Under the pieces are notes generated by a model. That model was not told the origin of the DNA. It made no database searches and saw nothing but the letters and a program-made list of their open reading frames with translations. Source: an uncultured Bacilli bacterium (lineage in GTDB: Bacteria > Bacillota_I > Bacilli_A > RF39 > UBA660). From it: a DNA stretch of 64,000 nt. A program made the translations under genes and the position numbers. Below, in pieces: positions 60,201 to 64,000 of this stretch (positions within the stretch are counted from its first letter, which is position 1; each line of letters opens with the position of its first letter). The DNA is taken from the NCBI GenBank assembly GCA_947581835.1, contig CANPVV010000001.1, positions 9,685 through 73,684 of the forward strand, in the 5' to 3' direction.

Positions 60201-60337
60201 TCTTCATCCTTATTTAAAATATCATTAATTCTTTTTCTATTATTACGATTTTGATTATTATTAAAGTTTAAATTGGGGCGATTAGGATTATACCTATAAG
60301 CATCTAAATTCTCTTTATGATTATCATTATCGTTCAT
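57212..60337 (-). CDS. Multidomain cell-wall hydrolase: disordered N-terminus, TM, SpoIID/LytB-like (tentative), SGNH/GDSL-like, M23 peptidase and lysozyme-like (phage-tail-lysozyme-type) domains
   Basis: The order along the protein is as follows.
- An N/E/D-rich region of about 290 aa, then a TM segment (MLIIGALLLGIFVLLLFLIIII).
- EALKALMILIKTNALSYG, which is SpoIID-like.
- FYLGDSRMLGI / IWLGVNDY / EGIHY, which are SGNH blocks.
- HGAIDIG...GHL...GPHLHFEV, which is M23.
- The C-terminal VNIQAESSFNP...GYGLIQWT, which is lysozyme-like. Confidence 0.8.
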   Translation of the reverse strand: MNDNDNHKENLDAYRYNPNRPNLNFNNNQNRNNRKRINDILNKDEEVKEKSLVSDDTPKNYDDAKEKVDKTLNKGEQIGRRFRPNLNSSSNKIEDITNESGNVRKERENKQENLNTNDKTENRREEENNNNYNDYNVGDSNKDNSIDGEMEVGDKSNNSSDEENNSNELDNLGSTHNKINRWRSNQGEASPKENTPKNGFRGNIRNIFNNESEIAEEENTLDNQVEGSNDIDTNEVETSLDSESVNPGLDNNTVENPGGTESQEGKSDNLSSGLVEEILGKSNLKKMLIIGALLLGIFVLLLFLIIIINSSRKKDPFAFNGYFDNACNYNETAVNIDTCDGNQSKLTLQEFVIGSTYYYTKGATYSDEALKALMILIKTNALSYGNYNSSSKNIELDGCAGEVSYCNPEVGCSTLGVADSSYISKLNNLYSDISNYIYVAESYQSEIASLSMDNALDFSDSILSRMEEDAKTKNYESILDGLFKNSKVDEDTSIDKRETFYLGDSRMLGILNSGVINNSHTIYGVGYGYDWLVGRGSFDSSKTNATSGGINGLNSLMGSGNYNIVIWLGVNDYTTYNADTYYSRYASLASNEWRNHNIYVVSVGPVLDSKAVYVDNEGINNFNKELGALINNGGIKNLKYINLNFTETAISNYDSEGIHYGNQDYKNIFSIISSRVNKSNSSKLSLYNLSDYCTYYTLAGYNAWWWPIGSANPSEGNIYGGTPVSVRVTSTFGPRSAPVPGASTNHGAIDIGTATGTPIIAARNGTVTQVNSGCKEGDSACGGRLGNYVFIDHGDGYETRYGHLLEPLVKVGDSVVTGQIIAYSDNTGNTSGPHLHFEVRVNGTKVDPLDYVSPDNPRPIGVDGTFMAQGNASDAKNYVCNTMLASGFSKNAVIGMMVNIQAESSFNPINLEGKYENKLGYSDSSYTKAVDDGTYSEHSFVHDSAGYGLIQWTYSSRKQALYDFAKANKVSIGDLKMQTQRFYDEFKTYKEIYKYMLENHSPRDMAYQFCVQFENPAAYHCEERIGLYLDTYTTYVNNGCK

Positions 60338-60405
60338 GCTACTTCACCCGTCTTATTTTTAAATTATAACATAAAAAAACATAAAAAAAAAGGATAGAAC
60401 AAAGC

Positions 60406-60432
60406 ACTATTTTAATTATTTATCATAAATTA
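60406..60432 (+). promoter_or_regulatory. Candidate sigma-K-type (late mother-cell) promoter of the CotY/Z-like gene
   Basis: AC at 60406-60407, a 16-nt spacer, then CATAAATTA (60424-60432) matches the sigma-K pattern AC-N16-17-CATA---TA. The match is weak in such AT-rich DNA. Confidence 0.3.
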
Positions 60433-60462
60433 ATAATGAGAATACATGAAAGGGTGAATAAT

Positions 60463-60906
60463 ATGAATAATAACGGTAACAATACCTCAGGAAATTGCAT
60501 CAATGAAATATTAAGTGTTATTTTTGTTTTACAACAAAATGCTTGTCCTGAAACCTGCCTAGATGCCTGTGATAGACCTGTCTTAGGTGGCGGTCCTAAC
60601 TGTTTAATATGTAATACTAGACCTGTTATGCTTTATACCTGCAGCAGTAATGGTACTCCTTGGAGTATGCCTACTGTAAAAGATAATACTGTAACTTGTA
60701 CAGGTACTACAAGTGCCGATTGTTCTACTATCTTTAGAGTTGAAAAAATTGAAGGAAATTGCTGTACCTTTAGAGTTCTTGCCGATAATCCTGATCCAAC
60801 TAGCTTAAATCCATATGTTGCCACTAATTCTTTCTTTACTATGGACTGTGGTTGTTTATGCGCCATCAGATGTTTAAGTGACACTTATGTTGATTGTGTT
60901 TGCTAA
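60463..60906 (+). CDS. Cysteine-rich spore coat/crust protein, CotY/CotZ family
   Basis: CINEILSVIFVLQQ, FRVEKIEGNCCTFRVL and DCGCLCAIRCLS parallel B. subtilis CotY/CotZ (FFRVEKL.DCCATL, DLGCFCAIQCL). The preferred start is ATG 60463, after AAAGGGTG. The ORF track starts at 60436. Confidence 0.8.
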   Translation: MNNNGNNTSGNCINEILSVIFVLQQNACPETCLDACDRPVLGGGPNCLICNTRPVMLYTCSSNGTPWSMPTVKDNTVTCTGTTSADCSTIFRVEKIEGNCCTFRVLADNPDPTSLNPYVATNSFFTMDCGCLCAIRCLSDTYVDCVC

Positions 60907-60912
60907 AAACAT

Positions 60913-60938
60913 AAAAACCTCTATCAATGAGGTTTTTT
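60913..60938 (+). terminator. Rho-independent terminator
   Basis: AAAACCTC-TATCAAT-GAGGTTTT is followed by TTCT. Confidence 0.6.
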
Positions 60939-60945
60939 CTTGTGT

Positions 60946-61716
60946 TTAATTATTAAAACTTAATATCTCTCTTAATGTTTCTGCCTCTTCTTGAGGTATT
61001 AAAAATCTTACCAATTTATTTTCTATTTCATAACTAAAATATAATTCTTCTTGAATATCTAAAATTTTATATTTCTCTCCATCAACCATTAAAGTTTCTA
61101 AATAATTACTATCATTATTATCTGTTTCATAATTATCTCGATATTTATAAATTATTTTTCTAATCTTATCCGCCTTACTTTTCATTATATCTATAGTTAT
61201 TTTTTTATTTTCACTTTCTTTAGTATAAACAATATCACTTCTTTGACAAATATTATTTAAATTAACTAAATCCTGCCCAATATGTATATCTTTATTATCT
61301 TTAGTATTACATTTTATAACTTGCATATTATAACAATTTCTCTTTCCACATTTATCTTGATAAAAAACTAAATCCTCATCTTTATATTTATCTTTAATTT
61401 CTAAATTATCAATTATCTTATCTAATATAGTATTATCTTTATCTAACCAATTTTTAAGATTATCTTGAATACTATCTTTTTTTATTAAAATATCTTTAGC
61501 ATTATGTAAATAAATATAATTATCTCCTATACTATCATAATAATTAATCATATAAGAATTAATTCCACCACCATAATAATTAAACTTAATCTCATAATCA
61601 CCAATTTTAAAACTAGCCTTTACTTCTTTTTTTTCATCATTAAAAATTATAAATATTAAAATTCCTAAACCAATTATTACTACACCTATACCTATTTTTT
61701 TAATCATCATCTTCAC
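60946..61716 (-). CDS. Membrane-anchored hypothetical protein (third gene of the ECF sigma operon)
   Basis: N-terminal TM segment. It overlaps the upstream ORF by 17 nt, and I recognise no motif. Confidence 0.6.
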   Translation of the reverse strand: MKMMIKKIGIGVVIIGLGILIFIIFNDEKKEVKASFKIGDYEIKFNYYGGGINSYMINYYDSIGDNYIYLHNAKDILIKKDSIQDNLKNWLDKDNTILDKIIDNLEIKDKYKDEDLVFYQDKCGKRNCYNMQVIKCNTKDNKDIHIGQDLVNLNNICQRSDIVYTKESENKKITIDIMKSKADKIRKIIYKYRDNYETDNNDSNYLETLMVDGEKYKILDIQEELYFSYEIENKLVRFLIPQEEAETLREILSFNN

Positions 61717-62059
61717 CTTCCATTATTATTCCTAATATCTTTAATATATCCTCTTTTACCTTTATTTTTTTATCATTAACTGTATAATTTTTATCACTAA
61801 CACCATTAGCTTCAACTACTTCATCCGTAGGATTAATATCTTTTAAAACTACCTCTGTATCCATAACATTTTGACTTCTAACATATATTCTATAATCATT
61901 TTTATCTACTATTCCTATTCCTATAATAATACCTACAATAATTAATATTACTATAGATATCATATACTTTTCATTTCTCTTCTCAATCTTATCAATCACT
62001 TTATTATAAATATCTTCTTTATTTATTTTACTTTCATATATCCCTTTAATATCTTTCAT
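61700..62059 (-). CDS. Putative single-pass anti-sigma factor
   Basis: At 119 aa it has a central TM segment (ISIVILIIVGIIIGIGIV). It lies 4 nt downstream of the ECF sigma gene. The function is inferred from position only. Confidence 0.45.
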   Translation of the reverse strand: MKDIKGIYESKINKEDIYNKVIDKIEKRNEKYMISIVILIIVGIIIGIGIVDKNDYRIYVRSQNVMDTEVVLKDINPTDEVVEANGVSDKNYTVNDKKIKVKEDILKILGIIMEGEDDD

Positions 62060-62063
62060 AAAC

Positions 62064-62564
62064 TTACCTTTCTATATATTTATTTAACTCTTCTAAAGTT
62101 CGATAAATATAATGTTTAACATTAGATTCTGTTAAATTAAGTAAATCTGCAATTTCTCTAATCTTCATCTCTTCCATATAATATAAATAAAATATTTTAG
62201 CAATTATCACATTTTTTTTCTTCAAATATTTCCAAACTAAATTTATATCATACTTTAAAGACAAATCCAACTTTAAGTCTTTACTCTCAATTAAATCCAT
62301 ATCTTCTTTATAAACTGTATTTAAATGAAATTTATAAAAAAATCGATAATAATCTTTTATTTTCTTTTTAACAATTCCCCATATATAAGCTTTATTTATC
62401 TCTTTATTTTTTAAAATACTTTTATATACTCCCACATATATATTTTGAACTATATCTGAAACGTCACTAATATTAGCCACATTTAAAACTACATACCTAG
62501 TAATTTCGGCATAAGTATCCTCATATATTTTATTAAATAAATCTAAGGCTTCTTGACTAGTCAT
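62064..62564 (-). CDS. ECF-type sigma-70 family RNA polymerase sigma factor
   Basis: The 166-aa product has a region 2-like DIVQNIYVGVY and a region 4 HTH (IREIADLLNLTESNVKHYIYRTLEEL). Confidence 0.8.
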   Translation of the reverse strand: MTSQEALDLFNKIYEDTYAEITRYVVLNVANISDVSDIVQNIYVGVYKSILKNKEINKAYIWGIVKKKIKDYYRFFYKFHLNTVYKEDMDLIESKDLKLDLSLKYDINLVWKYLKKKNVIIAKIFYLYYMEEMKIREIADLLNLTESNVKHYIYRTLEELNKYIER

Positions 62565-62584
62565 ATCTCCACCTCAATTTTTAT

Positions 62585-62610
62585 ATCGTAAAAACATTTT
62601 AAAAAGTTCC
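62585..62610 (-). promoter_or_regulatory. ECF-type promoter GGAAC-N17-CGAT upstream of the sigma gene
   Basis: On the minus strand the sequence is TGTGGAACTTTTTAAAATGTTTTTACGATATAAAAATTGAGGTGGAGATATG. The GGAAC/CGT spacing is typical of autoregulated ECF promoters. Confidence 0.45.
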
Positions 62611-62678
62611 ACAAAACAATTTTTTTTATTATAACAAATTATTTATCGCATTAAAACCCAATACTTAACCAAAATATC

Positions 62679-62707
62679 TTGACTTTAAAACTTCTTTTTG
62701 ATATTAT
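62679..62707 (+). promoter_or_regulatory. Sigma-A promoter of the tRNA gene
   Basis: TTGACT (62679-62684), a 17-nt spacer, then TATTAT (62702-62707). The tRNA starts 11 nt downstream. Confidence 0.6.
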
Positions 62708-62717
62708 TAAAGCACAT

Positions 62718-62794
62718 GGCGATGTAGCTCAGCTGGCTAGAGCGACCGGTTCATACCCGGTAGGTCGGGGGTTCGATCCCCTCCGTCGCTACCA
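62718..62794 (+). tRNA. tRNA with anticodon CAU (elongator Met type; Ile2 via lysidine is not excluded)
   Basis: A hand-folded cloverleaf fits:
- acceptor GGCGATG/CGTCGCT
- D arm GCTC-AGCTGGCTA-GAGC
- anticodon arm ACCGG-TTCATAC-CCGGT
- T arm GGGGG-TTCGATC-CCCTC
- an encoded CCA end
There is no 1:72 mismatch and no GGG/CCC anticodon stem, so it is not an initiator tRNA. Confidence 0.9.
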
Positions 62795-62807
62795 TTTATT
62801 AGGCTTA

Positions 62808-62838
62808 AACACTAGGAATTAATCTAGTGCTTTTTATT
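62808..62838 (+). terminator. Terminator after the tRNA
   Basis: CACTAG-GAATTAAT-CTAGTG is followed by CTTTTTATTT. Confidence 0.55.
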
Positions 62839-62862
62839 TAGAAATAGTAAAAAATTAAGTGC

Positions 62863-62895
62863 GTGGCTAACAAGTGGCTAACAAGTGGCTAACAA
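62863..62895. repeat. Three perfect tandem 11-bp repeats, GTGGCTAACAA
   Basis: Direct reading gives copies at 62863-62873, 62874-62884 and 62885-62895. Confidence 0.9.
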
Positions 62896-62987
62896 TTATT
62901 CATTGCGTATTTCTAGCAAAGAAATACATTAAATGAAAATTGTAAAATTATGTAGATATTTATTTATATGTATATTATAATATTGGT

Positions 62988-63234
62988 GATGCATCTAAAT
63001 GTTAGGTGTTTTTACCTCAGTCCTGGTTTAAGAAATTAGGCTATGGAAGGAGGTGGTCCTATGAAAGGAAATTTTCTTGGATATTTTATATCTGATAGTG
63101 ATTTTAATAATCCTATCGAAAATTTACGAAAAGAAAGACTAAAAAAAGCACCTACTCAGCTGATGAATAGGTGCCTCACCGGAAAAATTTCGGACTGAGA
63201 ACACCTAACTGATATTTAGATGCATCTCTTTTTT
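62988..63234 (+). ncRNA. Orphan structured transcription unit (about 240 nt) whose 5' and 3' ends pair; it contains a 45-codon ORF
   Basis: A promoter-like TAGATA-N17-TATAAT (62953-62981) places the transcription start near 62988. The segment 62988-63023 pairs with 63192-63226 in blocks of 13 + 10 + 8 bp separated by small bulges. A TCTTTTTT run follows immediately. Confidence 0.5.
63061..63198 (+). CDS. Possible small protein (45 aa) inside the structured unit
   Basis: A strong RBS GGAAGGAGGTGG lies 5 nt before the ATG. The product is MKGNFLGYFISDSDFNNPIENLRKERLKKAPTQLMNRCLTGKISD, ending at TGA. It falls below the ORF-track size cut-off, and I recognise no homology. Confidence 0.35.
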   Translation: MKGNFLGYFISDSDFNNPIENLRKERLKKAPTQLMNRCLTGKISD

Positions 63235-63481
63235 AGTCCTATGAAATAGAAAGAAAGGAATTAATTATTTTCTTTCTATTATTATTATATACATATTTTT
63301 CTGTAAAATGCAATATAAATAAGTGCTTTTATAAAATATGTGTAATACTTATTATATACTTTTTTAATATTTTGTCAACACTAACACTATAATTGTGTTA
63401 ATCCTTTAGAAATGTCACCATATCATTAATTAAAATGTCACCACCATTATTTAATGTTTAACAAACTAATACTATAATACC

Positions 63482-63512
63482 AAAAAATCATAAAACTTAA
63501 TTATGATTTTTT
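63482..63512. terminator. Bidirectional terminator downstream of the nuclease gene
   Basis: AAAAAATCATAA-N7-TTATGATTTTTT forms a 12-bp stem. Confidence 0.6.
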
Positions 63513-63533
63513 AAATATTTAAATAAAATTACT

Positions 63534-64000
63534 CTATATAGCTTTACTCTCCCCTGTTTTATAATCAATTTCTACTCCATCCTCAACATTATAAATATAA
63601 ACATGAAATTCTACTCCTGCCCCCTCATCTTCAATTGATTTAGCTTCCATTTCAATTCCACTAGCCACCAAATTTGTCCCCTCATATATTGGTGTTACTC
63701 GGTAAAGCACATGATTTTTAGTTTCTTTTACATATTTTGCCACTTCATTTTCAAAATCAAGCATTGCTCCCGTATTAGCACTTCTAGTACAAGTAATTAA
63801 ATTCTTTTCATTCGCATTTTCCCCAGTTAATTGAAAACCAATTAAATGACAACGATTATATAAATATTTTCCATCAACAAAATCATACTTAACTGTATGC
63901 CACCCAGTTGGTTTAACTGACCCAATACTTCCCCTTTCTTCTGTAGGCATAGTCTCTATTCCAACTTTCGCTATAGCAACCCTTGCTCTTCCTAAATAAT
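63534..64000 (-). CDS. DNA/RNA non-specific endonuclease (Endonuclease_NS_2 / DNA-entry nuclease-like); C-terminal part only, the 5' end lies beyond the window
   Basis: PTGWHT...YNRCHLIGFQLTGENANEKNLITCTRSAN matches the EndA/NucA-like active-site region. The reading frame stays open upstream of the ORF-track Met to position 64000. Confidence 0.7.
   Translation of the reverse strand, partial: YLGRARVAIAKVGIETMPTEERGSIGSVKPTGWHTVKYDFVDGKYLYNRCHLIGFQLTGENANEKNLITCTRSANTGAMLDFENEVAKYVKETKNHVLYRVTPIYEGTNLVASGIEMEAKSIEDEGAGVEFHVYIYNVEDGVEIDYKTGESKAI

Noticed and set aside
62988-63226. A retron msr/msd, an IS200/IS605-type end or a group II intron fragment as the explanation for the long inverted repeat.
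   Set aside because: No reverse transcriptase, TnpA/TnpB or intron-encoded protein gene is adjacent. The inverted arms (~35 nt) are far longer than retron a1/a2 repeats, and no flanking target-site duplication is visible. A MITE remains possible but needs a copy-number search.

Overview
This window is a very AT-rich chromosomal segment, by eye well under 30 % G+C. It uses the standard genetic code: TGA acts as a stop and the long ORFs are intact. It comes from a low-GC Gram-positive bacterium (Bacillota). CotY/Z-like and CotF-like spore-coat genes, a DnaB/DnaI helicase-loader pair, two T-box leaders and an S-box riboswitch point to a spore-forming lineage. Almost all genes are on the minus strand.

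Core content:
- An ABC transporter, and a MerR/YbjQ pair.
- A polysaccharide deacetylase, a TtcA-like ATPase, a CsoR-family repressor, ogt, and ileS with a T-box leader.
- A phosphohexomutase, an RluA-family synthase and an AlkD-like repair protein.
- An M18 aminopeptidase, a DD-carboxypeptidase, parE/parC and dnaB/dnaI.
- metK with a SAM-I riboswitch, and glyQS with a T-box leader.
- A YbxB-like methyltransferase followed by rpoB-rpoC, an ECF sigma operon and one tRNA(CAU).

Accessory or unusual content:
1. A module recurs three times. An N-terminally anchored protein with a DUF6273-like C-terminal domain is divergently paired with XRE-type HTH regulators. Two copies form a ~6-kb duplicated block (41.7-48.0 kb) with an HTH-ImmA/IrrE + PIN pair wedged between them. 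The third copy is at 19.1-21.4 kb.
2. An Rpn (YhgA-like) PD-(D/E)XK nuclease gene is followed by a tandem duplicate of only its C-terminal region.
3. A holin + M23 peptidase pair has no phage context.
4. A 1041-aa cell-wall hydrolase carries four catalytic-type domains.
5. A ~740-bp non-coding tract downstream of the tRNA holds 11-bp iterons and a promoter-to-terminator unit of ~240 nt. The 5' and 3' ends of that unit pair over about 31 bp around a 45-codon ORF.
6. There is a 2 x 48-bp GC-rich tandem repeat, and an 80-bp tract with strict 10-bp periodicity.

All calls rest on motif recognition by eye. No database search was possible.
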